From an uncultured Rikenellaceae bacterium (GTDB lineage: Bacteria; Bacteroidota; Bacteroidia; Bacteroidales; VadinHA17): a stretch of 64,000 nucleotides of DNA. The position numbers and the translations under genes were made by a program. The first letter of the stretch is position 1, and each line of letters starts with the position of its first letter. The notes below the pieces were generated by a model. It made no database searches. It was not told the DNA's origin and was given only the letters and a program-made list of their open reading frames with translations. The stretch spans positions 24,396 to 88,395 of the forward strand of contig CAZRDX010000009.1 of assembly GCA_964599235.1 (NCBI GenBank), in the 5' to 3' direction. Of the stretch, positions 30,466 through 41,100 are shown in pieces.

Positions 30466-30487
30466 AAGGGCAAGAAAAGAGTTCCAT

Positions 30488-31414
30488 ATGTCGATCACGG
30501 TACGGCATGTAACGAAGTGGTACGGTCAGCAGAAGGCACTGGACGATGTCTCTTTTACCGTCGGGAAGGGGCAGGTGACCGGTTTTCTGGGGCCCAACGG
30601 GGCGGGGAAGTCGACCATGATGAAGATCATCACCGGTTTTCTGCCGCCCTCTTCGGGCGAGGTGCGTGTCCACGGCCTGGAGGTACGAAGTCATCTGGTG
30701 GAGGTACGGAAGATGATCGGTTACCTTCCGGAACACAATCCGCTGTATCCGGAGATGTATGTACGTGAGTATCTGCATTACGTAGCGGGCATCTACGGTC
30801 TGGGGCGTCGCAGCCGCCAAAGGGTGGAGGAGATCATGGGCCTGACAGGCCTGGGGCCCGAACAGCACAAACAGATCGGTTCGCTCTCGAAAGGGTATCG
30901 TCAGCGCGTGGGCCTGGCCCAGGCACTCATCCACGACCCCGAAGTGCTCATCCTCGACGAGCCCACCTCGGGTCTCGACCCCAACCAGATCGTGGAGATA
31001 CGTGAACTGATCAAGAAACTGGGCGAACAGAAGACCGTCCTCCTTTCTACCCACATCATGCAGGAGGTGGAGGCGATCTGCGATCGGGTCATCATCATCC
31101 ACCGCGGCAGGATCATCGCCGACGAAACGGAACGGTCGCTGCTGACCCTGCAGCAGGAACACACCAGCTATACCATCGAGGCCGAGTTCGTCGGCGAGGT
31201 GCCCGCCACACTGCTGCAGGACCTGCCCCACATCCTCTCGGTGGAAGAAACAGGCCCCTCCGCTTTCACCCTCCATTGCGGGGAAGATATACGCGAAGAG
31301 ATCTTCCGCCTGGCCGTGGAAAAAGGCCTCACCTTGCGGGGACTGGCCCTGGCCGCCAGGAACCTGGAAGATGTCTTCCGGGAACTCACCGGCCAGAACG
31401 AACCTTCCGCCTGA
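30488..31414 (+). CDS. gldA: gliding motility-associated ABC transporter ATP-binding protein GldA
   Basis: Walker A GPNGAGKST, signature LSKGYRQRVGLAQAL, Walker B LILDEPTSGLD. Long GldA-like blocks are present: GYLPEHNPLYPEMYVREYL and KTVLLSTHIMQEVEAICDRVIII. Confidence 0.8.
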   Translation: MSITVRHVTKWYGQQKALDDVSFTVGKGQVTGFLGPNGAGKSTMMKIITGFLPPSSGEVRVHGLEVRSHLVEVRKMIGYLPEHNPLYPEMYVREYLHYVAGIYGLGRRSRQRVEEIMGLTGLGPEQHKQIGSLSKGYRQRVGLAQALIHDPEVLILDEPTSGLDPNQIVEIRELIKKLGEQKTVLLSTHIMQEVEAICDRVIIIHRGRIIADETERSLLTLQQEHTSYTIEAEFVGEVPATLLQDLPHILSVEETGPSAFTLHCGEDIREEIFRLAVEKGLTLRGLALAARNLEDVFRELTGQNEPSA

Positions 31415-31470
31415 TCGCGACAGAAAAAGTTTGTTTTTGTTATCTCCCGCATTTTCATTTCCTTTGTGTC

Positions 31471-31520
31471 CTGTGGAAAGATTTGGCTGATTGCAACCAC
31501 GGAAAAAAATGCTAAAACAG
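31471..31520 (+). promoter_or_regulatory. candidate H-type pseudoknot resembling SAM-II/SAM-V riboswitches in the metK leader
   Basis: P1 is CUGUGG (31471-76) with CCACGG (31497-502). Loop segment UUUGGC (31482-87) is complementary, with one G-U pair, to GCUAAA (31511-16), after an A7 linker. The motifs UUGCAACC and GCUAAAA recall SAM-II as I remember it. Not verified against a covariance model. Confidence 0.3.
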
Positions 31521-31582
31521 TGTTCCCACCCTGCAACCCGGCCTTCCTTTCCCGGTGTTGTCTAACCTAAAAAAGAACGATC

Positions 31583-32923
31583 ATGCCTTATTTGTTCACG
31601 TCCGAGTCGGTGTCGGAAGGACATCCCGACAAAGTGGCCGACCAGATCTCCGATGCACTTCTGGACGAGTTCCTCCGTCAGGATCCCGAGTCGAAGGTGG
31701 CCTGCGAAACGATGGTCACCACAGGACTGGTGTTCGTAGGCGGCGAGGTGAAGACCGAAGCCTGGGTGAACATCCAGAACGTGGTGCGGGAGGTGATCCG
31801 CGACATCGGTTACACGAAAGCGGAATACCGGTTCGATGCCGATTCCTGCGGGATCATCTCGGCCATCCATGAGCAGAGTCCCGATATCAACCAGGGGGTG
31901 GAGCGTGAGAGCGAGGAGGAACAGGGTGCCGGCGACCAGGGGATGATGTTCGGCTATGCCAACCGCGACATGGACAACTACATGCCCATGGCCGTGGAGG
32001 TGGCCCATCTGTTGCTGCGTGAGCTGTCGGCCATCCGCAAGGAGGGGAAGGTGATGACCTACCTGCGGCCCGACTCCAAGTCGCAGGTGACCATCGAGTA
32101 CGACGACGACGGCACGCCCATCCGCATCGACACCCTGCTCATCTCGACCCAGCACGACGAGTTCGTCGTCCCGCGTGACGGCTCGCCCGAGGCGGCGGAG
32201 ATCGCACAGAAAGCGATGCAGGAGAAGATCCGCGAAGACATCGAGACCTACCTCATCCCGCGGGTACGCAAGAAATGTCCCGAGAGGATCCGTCATCTCT
32301 TCGAGAACGGTTACAAGCTGATCGTCAATCCCACGGGCAAGTTCGTCATCGGCGGTCCGCACGGCGACACCGGTCTGACGGGCCGTAAGATCATCGTGGA
32401 CACTTACGGCGGCAAGGGGGCCCACGGCGGGGGTGCTTTCTCGGGCAAGGATTCTTCTAAGGTGGACCGTTCGGCGGCCTACGCCGCCCGCCATATCGCC
32501 AAGAACATGGTGGCTGCCGGCATCGCCGACGAGGTGCTCGTCCAGCTGGCCTATGCCATCGGCATCGCCGAGCCGGTGGGTATCTTCGTCAACACCTACG
32601 GCACGGCCAGGGTGAAGGACCAGAACGGCAAGACCCTGAGCGACGGAGCCATCGCCGCAAAGATCCAAGAGATCTTCGACCTGCGCCCCTACGCCATCGT
32701 CAAGCGTTTCGGCCTGAAAAACCCTGTCTTCCGTGTAACCTCCACCTACGGCCATTTTGGTCGTGAACCCTATACCGAGGAGGTGGAAGTGGCCTACAAC
32801 ACCCACCAGGATATCATCACCCGCGTGGTCGACGGCAAAGAACGCCATTTCAAAAAGGTTGAGTTCTTCGCCTGGGAGAAACTGGATTATGTCGACAGAC
32901 TGAAAAAGGCGTTCGGCCTCTGA
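31583..32923 (+). CDS. metK: S-adenosylmethionine synthase
   Basis: [33 protein letters not shown], and GGGAFSGKD motifs. Confidence 0.97.
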   Translation: MPYLFTSESVSEGHPDKVADQISDALLDEFLRQDPESKVACETMVTTGLVFVGGEVKTEAWVNIQNVVREVIRDIGYTKAEYRFDADSCGIISAIHEQSPDINQGVERESEEEQGAGDQGMMFGYANRDMDNYMPMAVEVAHLLLRELSAIRKEGKVMTYLRPDSKSQVTIEYDDDGTPIRIDTLLISTQHDEFVVPRDGSPEAAEIAQKAMQEKIREDIETYLIPRVRKKCPERIRHLFENGYKLIVNPTGKFVIGGPHGDTGLTGRKIIVDTYGGKGAHGGGAFSGKDSSKVDRSAAYAARHIAKNMVAAGIADEVLVQLAYAIGIAEPVGIFVNTYGTARVKDQNGKTLSDGAIAAKIQEIFDLRPYAIVKRFGLKNPVFRVTSTYGHFGREPYTEEVEVAYNTHQDIITRVVDGKERHFKKVEFFAWEKLDYVDRLKKAFGL

Positions 32924-32966
32924 TCCTCCTGCGGCACCGCGGTTTTCCTTCGAAAATCTTATCTTT

Positions 32967-32990
32967 ACCCCGGTCACCGGGGTTTTTTTT
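32967..32990 (+). terminator. intrinsic terminator after metK
   Basis: Stem ACCCCGG/CCGGGGT with loop TCA, followed by T8. The next ATG follows immediately at 32991. Confidence 0.8.
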
Positions 32991-34211
32991 ATGGGAAAGA
33001 ACTATCATATTGCCGAAGTAAAGGACAAGGCAGACGAGAAGGCTTTCCTGCGTTTGCCGGTAAAGATCTACCGGAAGGATCCCCACTGGATCCGTCCTCT
33101 GGATGAGGATGTGAAGGCCGTCTTCGATCCTTCGCGCAACAAGCTGTTCCGTCAGGGCGAGGCGGTGCGTTGGCTTCTGAGGGACGGCCGCGGGGAGGTG
33201 GTGGGCCGTGTGGCGGCGTTCATCAACTGGCCGGCAGCCAGAAAATATGAGTATCCCGTAGGAGGGATGGGGTTCTTCGAATGCATCCCCGACCGGGAGG
33301 CGGCTTTCATGCTCTTTGATGCCTGTCGCCGGTGGCTGGAAGAACGGGGTGTCAAGGCGATGGACGGTCCCATCAACTTCGGCGAACGGGACCGTTTCTG
33401 GGGTCTGCTGGTGGAAGGGTTCACCGAACCGGGCTACGGGGTCAACTACAACCCTCCCTATTACCGTGACTTCTTTGAATCGTACGGCTTCCGCGAATAT
33501 TTCGGCCAGCTCATCTACCACCGCAAGATCGAACGGGGAGCTCTCCGGCCGGCGATGCTGGAGCGGGCACGGCGTCTGCTGAGCAATCCCGACTATTCGT
33601 TCGGCTATCTGCCCCGGCACCGCATGAAAGAGCTGCCCGAGATGGTACGCACCATCTTCAACAAAGCCTGGGCCAGCTTTCCGGGCGTCCCCCGCATGAG
33701 CGAAGCCCAGGCCCGCCATCTTTACCATAGCCTCCGGCCCATCCTCGATGAGAAACTGCTATGGTTCGGATATTACCGTGATGAGCCCATCTCCTTCTTC
33801 CTGATGATCCCCGAGATCAACCAGGTGCTCAAACATCTCAACGGCAAGCTGCACTGGTTCAACAAACTGCGGTTCTTTTGGTACAAGGATGTGCTGCACG
33901 TCATCGACAAGGCCGTGGGGATCCTTTTCGGCGTGGTGCCCGAACATCGCCGCAAAGGGGTGGAGGCCGCCATGATCCACGAATTCTCGAAAGTGGCCTA
34001 CTCGGAGCAATTCCGCTACAGGGAGCTGGAGATGAACTGGATCGCCGACTACAACCCCCCGATGATGAAAGTACTCGACCAGATCGGCGCCACCGTCACC
34101 AAAAGACTCATCACCTACCGTTACATTTTCGATCCTTCCATCCCGTTCGAAAGGGCAGCCCTGGTGAACGTACGCAGGCGTAAAGAGAAGCACGATGGAA
34201 AACAAGCATGA
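32991..34211 (+). CDS. conserved GNAT-like acyltransferase-fold protein, function unknown
   Basis: N-terminus ...AEVKDKADEKAFLRLPVKIYRKDPHWIRPLDEDVKAVFDP...RWLL matches a Bacteroidota family I recall being annotated as GNAT N-acetyltransferase. There is no catalytic evidence. Confidence 0.5.
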   Translation: MGKNYHIAEVKDKADEKAFLRLPVKIYRKDPHWIRPLDEDVKAVFDPSRNKLFRQGEAVRWLLRDGRGEVVGRVAAFINWPAARKYEYPVGGMGFFECIPDREAAFMLFDACRRWLEERGVKAMDGPINFGERDRFWGLLVEGFTEPGYGVNYNPPYYRDFFESYGFREYFGQLIYHRKIERGALRPAMLERARRLLSNPDYSFGYLPRHRMKELPEMVRTIFNKAWASFPGVPRMSEAQARHLYHSLRPILDEKLLWFGYYRDEPISFFLMIPEINQVLKHLNGKLHWFNKLRFFWYKDVLHVIDKAVGILFGVVPEHRRKGVEAAMIHEFSKVAYSEQFRYRELEMNWIADYNPPMMKVLDQIGATVTKRLITYRYIFDPSIPFERAALVNVRRRKEKHDGKQA

Positions 34212-34857
34212 ACTGCAAAGTGTCATCTGGGACTGGAACGGCACCCTGCTGGACGATGTGCAGGTAAGCCTGAAAAGCGTCAACGAAGCCCTGCAGGCCA
34301 GAGGGCTGCCCCTGATCACCGAAACCTTCTACCGCGAACATTTCGACTTTCCCGTACGCGATTTCTACGAAAAACTGGGTATCAACTTCAGCCGCGACAA
34401 TTTCGACGAAATGTCAGAACGTTTTCTGCAGATCTACTTCCGCAACCTGGGGAAAGCCTCCCTCCACAAAGGCGCCAGGGAAACCCTGACCTTCCTCAAA
34501 GAAAACGGCGTCCGTCAATACGTGTTGTCAGCCATGGAACAGGGTCGGCTGGAGAAGATGCTCCGGGACTACGGCCTCATTTCCTTCTTTGATGACATAG
34601 CCGGTTCGCGCGACATCTATGCCGACGGCAAGCTGGCTGCCGGGAGAGAGCTGCTTGCCCGCCGCAACATCGACACCTTTTCCGCCTGGATGGTGGGCGA
34701 CACCACCCACGACCTGGATGTGGCCAAATCCCTGAACCTCCGCTGCGTGCTCCTCGCCTGCGGACACCAAACCCGCCGGCGCCTCAAAAAGGTCCATACT
34801 TACGTTTTCAGCGATTTTTTTGAACTGAAAGCCTTTTTCTCCTCCCTTCTCTTTTGA
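34195..34857 (+). CDS. HAD family hydrolase (phosphoglycolate phosphatase-like)
   Basis: Motif I is VIWDWNGTLLDD and motif IV is MVGDTTHD. It overlaps the upstream gene by 17 nt. Confidence 0.8.
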   Translation: MENKHELQSVIWDWNGTLLDDVQVSLKSVNEALQARGLPLITETFYREHFDFPVRDFYEKLGINFSRDNFDEMSERFLQIYFRNLGKASLHKGARETLTFLKENGVRQYVLSAMEQGRLEKMLRDYGLISFFDDIAGSRDIYADGKLAAGRELLARRNIDTFSAWMVGDTTHDLDVAKSLNLRCVLLACGHQTRRRLKKVHTYVFSDFFELKAFFSSLLF

Positions 34858-34975
34858 TCCTTCTCTTTTCATCCTGAAAGTGGCCTTCAGACATTCCACG
34901 GTAAACGGCGGAAACTTTTAATATATTATTTGTTTCCATCGTTTATTCTTGATATTTTTGTAAGTGCCAAAGAGA

Positions 34976-35623
34976 ATGATCATGGACAATGACCTGAAAA
35001 AGAGGATTGTGGAGAAAGCTGCCGAGCTCTACAACCGGCTGGGTATCCGGAGCATCACGATGGATGATGTTTCCCGGGAGCTGGGCATCTCCAAGAAGAC
35101 GCTTTATCAGTACATCTCCGACAAGAAACACCTGGTGCAGGAGGTATGCGAAATGGAGATGCAGAAACGCCGGAGAGCTTTCGAGGAGATCCGTGGCGGC
35201 GGGCTTAATGCCATCGAAGAGATCTTTGAAGTGAACAAGCTGGTGCTGAAGCTCATCAAAAGTTACAATCCAACCAAGTTCTTCGATCTGAAGAAGCATT
35301 ATCCTGATATCTACCGGAAGATCCGGGAAGGACAGCGGGAGAATATGTTCCGTTCGATGGTGGCCAATATCCGCAAGGGAAAGGCCGAAGGTCTTTTTCG
35401 TGAGGATGTGGACGAAGAGGTGATCGCCAAGCTTTACATGAGCCATACGGAATATGCGATGGAGAGCGATCTGCTGACGCCGGAGGAGTTCACCTCCCCG
35501 CGTTTCATCATCCAGGCGTTCCTTTATCACGTTCACGGCATCGTGAACGACAGGGGCAAGGAACTGATCGACAAATATTTCAAACAAATGAAAGAAAATG
35601 ACGACCATTATGAATTGTCGTAG
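34976..35623 (+). CDS. TetR/AcrR family transcriptional regulator of the adjacent efflux operon
   Basis: HTH LYNRLGIRSITMDDVSRELGISKKTLYQYISDK. I use the first ATG at 34976; the ORF track starts at GTG 34964. Confidence 0.85.
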   Translation: MIMDNDLKKRIVEKAAELYNRLGIRSITMDDVSRELGISKKTLYQYISDKKHLVQEVCEMEMQKRRRAFEEIRGGGLNAIEEIFEVNKLVLKLIKSYNPTKFFDLKKHYPDIYRKIREGQRENMFRSMVANIRKGKAEGLFREDVDEEVIAKLYMSHTEYAMESDLLTPEEFTSPRFIIQAFLYHVHGIVNDRGKELIDKYFKQMKENDDHYELS

Positions 35624-36965
35624 TCTCCGCACCCTGCTGTGGGGGGTGATGCTGGTGCTGCCTTTGCGGGCGGTTGCGGTCCGGCAGCAGGACACGGTCT
35701 ATACTTTCTCTCTGAAAGAGGCACAGGATCATGCCGTGAAGTACAACCTCACGGTGAAAAATTCCCGGAAAGACCTGGAGCATGCCAACAAGGAGATCAA
35801 ACAGTTCCTGGCCACGGGTCTCCCCCAGGTCAACTCCAACCTCAACTATCAGGACAATCTTGTGCTCAGGACGACCCTGATGCCCGATTTCATGCACGGA
35901 GATCCGGAGAACAAGATCCCCGTACAGTTCGGGAGCCAGCACACGGCCGACTTTGGCATCGGCGTCAGCCAGATGGTCTTCAACGGTCCTTTCATCGTCG
36001 GCCTGGAGGCCACCAGGATCCTCCGCAAGCTCAACGAACAGAACGTGGTCAAATCGGAGACCGATATCCGGGAGACGGTGGCCCAGACCTATTATCTGGT
36101 GCTCATCGGGAGGAAGACGGCTGGGGTGATCGAGGAGAACCTGCGCAACATGCGGAAGACCCTGGAAGATACGCGCAAGATGTACGAGGCGGGACTCACG
36201 GAGGACATTGCCGTAGACCAGCTGCAGGTGTCGGTCACCTCGCTGGAGAATGCCGTGAAATCGGCCTGGCGCCAGGTGGCCGCCTCGGAAAGGCTGCTGA
36301 AGTTCCAGATGGGGCTCGACCTCGATGCACGCATCCGGCTTACCGACTCACTCGACCTCATGCTGGAAAAGATCAATGTTCCTTCCATCATGGTCAAACC
36401 TTTCCGTCTTGACAGCCAGATCGAATACCAGGTGGCCACCACACGGGAAGAGCTGGCCGCCATCAACCTGAAGAAGGAAAAGTTCATGTATCTGCCCACC
36501 ATCAACGCCAATTACCAGAACCAGTGGTCGGCCATGCGCAACACCTTTTCCTTTTTCGATCCCGACGAGAAATGGTACCACTCTTCTTTCCTGGGACTCA
36601 CGGTAGCGATCCCCATCTTCAGCAGCGGTCTGCGCAAGGCCAATGTCGACATGCGGAAGATCGAGCTCGAGAAAGCATCCATCAACAAGGAACTGATGTC
36701 GGAGAACCTCCGTCTGCAATACCGGCAGGCGCGGGATGCCCTGATCACGGCCTGGGAGAATTTCCAGGCCCAGCAGAAGAACGTCGAGCTGTCCCGCAAG
36801 GTGGTCGACAAAACCCGCGTGAAAGTGTCGCTGGGAACAGCCTCCAGCCTCGACCTCACCCAGGTCAACAACCAGTATCTCGACACGCAGACCCGCTACT
36901 TCAGTGCCATGATCGAACTGCTGAAAGCCAAGATCCATCTCGACCGACTCCTCAATGAAATGTAA
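35598..36965 (+). CDS. TolC family outer-membrane efflux protein
   Basis: Signal peptide, then two TolC-type repeats (LKEAQDHAVKYNLTVKNS..., coiled segments, C-terminal LLKAKIHLDRLL). Its start overlaps the TetR gene's 3' end. Confidence 0.85.
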   Translation: MTTIMNCRSLRTLLWGVMLVLPLRAVAVRQQDTVYTFSLKEAQDHAVKYNLTVKNSRKDLEHANKEIKQFLATGLPQVNSNLNYQDNLVLRTTLMPDFMHGDPENKIPVQFGSQHTADFGIGVSQMVFNGPFIVGLEATRILRKLNEQNVVKSETDIRETVAQTYYLVLIGRKTAGVIEENLRNMRKTLEDTRKMYEAGLTEDIAVDQLQVSVTSLENAVKSAWRQVAASERLLKFQMGLDLDARIRLTDSLDLMLEKINVPSIMVKPFRLDSQIEYQVATTREELAAINLKKEKFMYLPTINANYQNQWSAMRNTFSFFDPDEKWYHSSFLGLTVAIPIFSSGLRKANVDMRKIELEKASINKELMSENLRLQYRQARDALITAWENFQAQQKNVELSRKVVDKTRVKVSLGTASSLDLTQVNNQYLDTQTRYFSAMIELLKAKIHLDRLLNEM

Positions 36966-36971
36966 ATCCTC

Positions 36972-38123
36972 ATGTCCATGAAAACGAAACAGTTGAAGAC
37001 GACCGTATTCCTCCTCGGGCTGGCCCTGCTCACCGCATGCCAGTCGTCCAACGATACGGAAAAAAAGAAAAAACAACTGGCCCGTTACAAAAGCCAGCTC
37101 GTGGAGCTGACTCTCAAGATCAAGGAACTGGAGAAAGAGCTGGCCGCCGACACCCTCCACACAGGTCCCGTCCTGATCCCAGTCAGGACCCTCACCCTGC
37201 AACCCCATCCTTTCGCTCATTATGTGGAGGCAGCAGGTACCGTCTTGCCGGAAAAAGAAGCCTTCATCAGTTCGGAGATCAACGGCCAGATCAAAAAGAT
37301 CCACGTCGTAGAAGGACAGCATGTAAAAAAGGGCGATCTGCTGCTGAAGCTCAACACGGAGGTGACCGAGAGTTCCATTGCCGAGGCCAGGGCCCAGCTG
37401 GCCCTCGCCGAAAAACTGTACGAGAAACAGAAAGAACTGTGGAACCAGCACATCGGGAGCGAAGTGCAATACCTGAAAACCAAGACCAACCTGGAAGCTG
37501 CACGTGAAAGGCTCCGTTCCCTCCAGGCCCGTCTGGAGATGGCATACATCAAAGCTCCCTTCGACGGCATCATCGATGCCATTTACGCCAAAGAAGGAGA
37601 ACTGGCCGTGCCGGGACGTCAACTCGTGCAGCTCATCAACCTCTCCAGGATGAAGATCTATGCCGATGTCTCGGAGACTTATCTCCTAAAGATCGACAAA
37701 GGTCAGGAGGTGGAAGTGATCTTTCCCGACCTGGAAAACCTCACTTACCGTCTGCCTGTGTTCAGGAAAGAGAACGTGATCAACCGGAAGACGCGCACCT
37801 TCAAGATCGAAATGAAACTGCACAACCCCGACTGGAAGATCAAGCCCAACCTTTTCACCCTGGTTCGTTTCCGTGACTATCACAATCCCCGGGCCCTGGT
37901 GGTGCCTTCGGAGATCATCAAAAAGGATATCCACGGATATTTCCTTTACGTGGCGGAACAGAAAGGCAAGGAAACACTGGCCCGCAAGGTATATGTCACG
38001 CCGGGGGTCTTCTACAAGGACATGACCCAGATCAGCGAAGGACTTTCTGCCGGCGACCGTGTGATCGTCGAAGGGTACGACCAGGTGACCAACGGTGAGA
38101 AGATCAGGGTGATCGAACAGTAA
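36972..38123 (+). CDS. efflux RND transporter periplasmic adaptor (membrane fusion protein), lipoprotein
   Basis: Lipobox LLTAC, a coiled-coil hairpin, and a lipoyl-like motif VVEGQHVKKGDLLLKLN...IKAPFDGIID. Confidence 0.9.
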   Translation: MSMKTKQLKTTVFLLGLALLTACQSSNDTEKKKKQLARYKSQLVELTLKIKELEKELAADTLHTGPVLIPVRTLTLQPHPFAHYVEAAGTVLPEKEAFISSEINGQIKKIHVVEGQHVKKGDLLLKLNTEVTESSIAEARAQLALAEKLYEKQKELWNQHIGSEVQYLKTKTNLEAARERLRSLQARLEMAYIKAPFDGIIDAIYAKEGELAVPGRQLVQLINLSRMKIYADVSETYLLKIDKGQEVEVIFPDLENLTYRLPVFRKENVINRKTRTFKIEMKLHNPDWKIKPNLFTLVRFRDYHNPRALVVPSEIIKKDIHGYFLYVAEQKGKETLARKVYVTPGVFYKDMTQISEGLSAGDRVIVEGYDQVTNGEKIRVIEQ

Positions 38124-38131
38124 GCGAAAAA

Positions 38132-41100
38132 ATGGAGAAGATGGAAAACGAACCGAAGAAAGACCAGGTGATCCGCAATTTCGCTCTCACCACGCTTTCG
38201 CTGAAGAACAAGAACACGGTCTTCCTGATGACCTTCGTGCTCATCATCTTCGGCCTGGTCTCATACATCCGTCTGCCGAAAGAGCTCTTCCCCGATGTGG
38301 TCGTCCCCACCGTCCTGGTGCAGACGGTCTATCCGGGCAACTCGCCGGCCGACATCGAGAATCTCATCACACGCCCCATCGAAAAGGAGATCGACGGGAT
38401 CCGCGGCATCAAGAAGCTCACCTCCCAGTCGTACCAGGATCTTTCTTTCATCACCGTAGAGTTCAACACCGGTGTGGACATCAACAAGGCGCTGCAGGAT
38501 GTGAAGGATGCCGTCGACAGGGCCCGCAGCGACCTGCCCGACGACCTGCTCAACGAACCGACCGTCAAGGACATCGACTTCACCGAATTCCCCATCATCA
38601 CCATCAACCTGTCCGGCGACTACAGCACCGTGGAGCTTCGCAAGTATGCCGAATACCTGCAGGATGAGGTCGAAACGGTCAAGGAGATCTCGCGTGTGGA
38701 CATCAAAGGTATCAACGACCGGGAGATCAAGATCATCATCGATCCGTACAAGCTGCAAGAGATGAATCTCAGCTTCCGGGACATCGAGAATGCCATCCGC
38801 AGCGAGAACATCTCCATGTCAGGCGGCGAAGTGAAGGTGAACGGTACCACCCGTTCCATCCGCATCCTGGGCGAGTTCGCCACCGCCGACCAGATCGAGA
38901 ACATCATCGTCAAACAGGTGGAAGGCAATGTCAAGTACCTCAAGGACGTAGCCCGCGTGATCGACGGCTTTGAGGATCCTACCAACTACGCCCGCCTCAA
39001 CAGCAAGCCCGTAGTTTCACTACAGGTGGTGAAAAAAGGAGGAGAGAACCTGCTGGTGGCCACCGACAAGATCTTCGCCATCGTCGAAAAGGCCCGCAGC
39101 GAGGGGATCCTGCCCTCCAACCTGAAGATCGACTATACCAACGACCAGTCGGAACTGGTGCGCAAGCAGCTCAGCAACCTGGAGAACAACATCATCATGG
39201 GGGTCATCCTCGTGGTGCTGGTGCTTTACTATTTCATGGGTGTCCGCAACGCCCTCCTGGTAGGTCTGGCCATTCCGATGTCGATGTTCATCAGCTTCAT
39301 GGTGATGGGGCTTACCGGCATACGGATCAACATGATCACCCTCTTCGCCCTGATCCTGTCACTGGGTATGCTGGTCGACAATGCCATCGTGGTGGTGGAG
39401 AACATCTATCGTTTCATTGACCGGGGTTATCGGCCATGGGAGGCGGCCAAGCAGGCCACCGGCGAGATCGCCGTGCCCATCATCGCCTCAACGGCCACCA
39501 CCCTGGCCGCCTTTTTCCCGATGGTTTTCTGGTCGGGACGCATCGGTGAGTTCATGAAGATGCTGCCCATCATGCTAATCATCGTGCTGAGCTCCTCGCT
39601 TTTTGTGGCACTGGTGATCATCCCTGTCTTCTCGGCCACTTTCATCAAGAAAAAGGAACGCGGCGACTATACCCCCAACAGGAAAAAAACTTTCCGCACC
39701 CTGGGGATCATGAGCGTCGTGGCCGTGCTGGGATATGTGACGCATCATTATGTGATCGCCAACCTGCTGGCCTTTTTTGTGGTGATCGTGGCACTGCATA
39801 CTCTCTTTTTCTACCGTTCGGAGCGTTGGTTCCAGGTGAAGTTCCTGGGGTGGCTGGAGGACATCTACGCGCGATCGCTGCGTTTTGCCCTGCGGGGGCG
39901 CAACCCGGTGCTCTTCCTGGCCGGCACTTTTCTGCTGCTGGGGGTGACCATCATGTTCTACCGTGCACGCAATCCCAAGGTCGACTTTTTCCCGGAAAAT
40001 GAACCCAGTTACATCAACATCGAAGCCGACATGCCGCTGGGCACCGACATCACGCGCACCGATTCGATGATGAAGGTGCTGGAGGCCCGTCTTGCGAGGC
40101 TGCTGCGCCCCGACAGCATCGTCGTCAAGAACGTTCTCACCACCGTAGGCCGCGGCATCCCGGACAAGTTCACCGGCGGCAAGGACGAACCCAACAAAGG
40201 GCTCATCACGATCAACTTTGTCGACTACAAGGACCGCCACGGCATCCGCACCTCCGAGATCATGAAACGCATCTCGGAAGCCTTCATCAACCAATACCCC
40301 GGTGTACGCATCTCGGTGGAAAAAAACAAGATGGGACCTCCCACCGGCAAACCGGTGAACATTGAGATCTCGGGAGAGAATTTCAACACGCTGATCCATC
40401 TGGCCGACAGCATCAAAAGTTTCATCTCCCATACCGGCATCGAAGGCATCGAGGGGCTGAAGCTGGACCTGGATGTGGGCAAGCCGGAGCTGATCGTCCG
40501 TATCAACCGCGAGAAGGCCCGCCGTTACGGTCTTTCCACCCAGCTCATTGCCGGCACCATCCGCACTGCCCTCTATGGCCGCAAGGTGTCCGACTTCAAA
40601 GTGGGAGAGGACGAATACCCCATCACCATCCGTCTGGCCGACCGTTTCCGCAACGATATCACCACCCTGCTGAACCAGACCGTCGCCCTCAACGAGAAGG
40701 GCAAGATCACCAACATCCCCATCTCGGCGGTGACCACCATCTCCTACAGCAACACTTACGGTACCATCAACCGCAAGGACCGCAAGCGGGTGGTAACCCT
40801 GTATTCGAACGTATTGCCCGGCTTCAACAGCAACCGCATCATCCAGCAATTACAGGTGGCCATGGCCGGATTCACCCTGCCGGCCGGTTACAACTACTCC
40901 TTCACGGGTGAACAGGAAGACCAGAAGGAATCGATGGAATTCCTGTCACGGGCCATGCTCATCGCCCTGTCCATCATTCTTCTCATCCTGGTGACCCAGT
41001 TCAATTCGATCATCCGCCCGGTGATCATCATGGCCAGTGTGGTGTTCAGCACCATCGGTGTTTTCGGTGGCCTGGCCACCTTCAATATGGACTTTGTTGT

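Noticed and set aside
30488-31414. gldA was considered as a marker of a local gliding-motility (gldA-F-G) operon.
   Set aside because: No gldF- or gldG-like permease genes are adjacent; the next gene is metK. As in other Bacteroidota, gldA appears to stand alone here.
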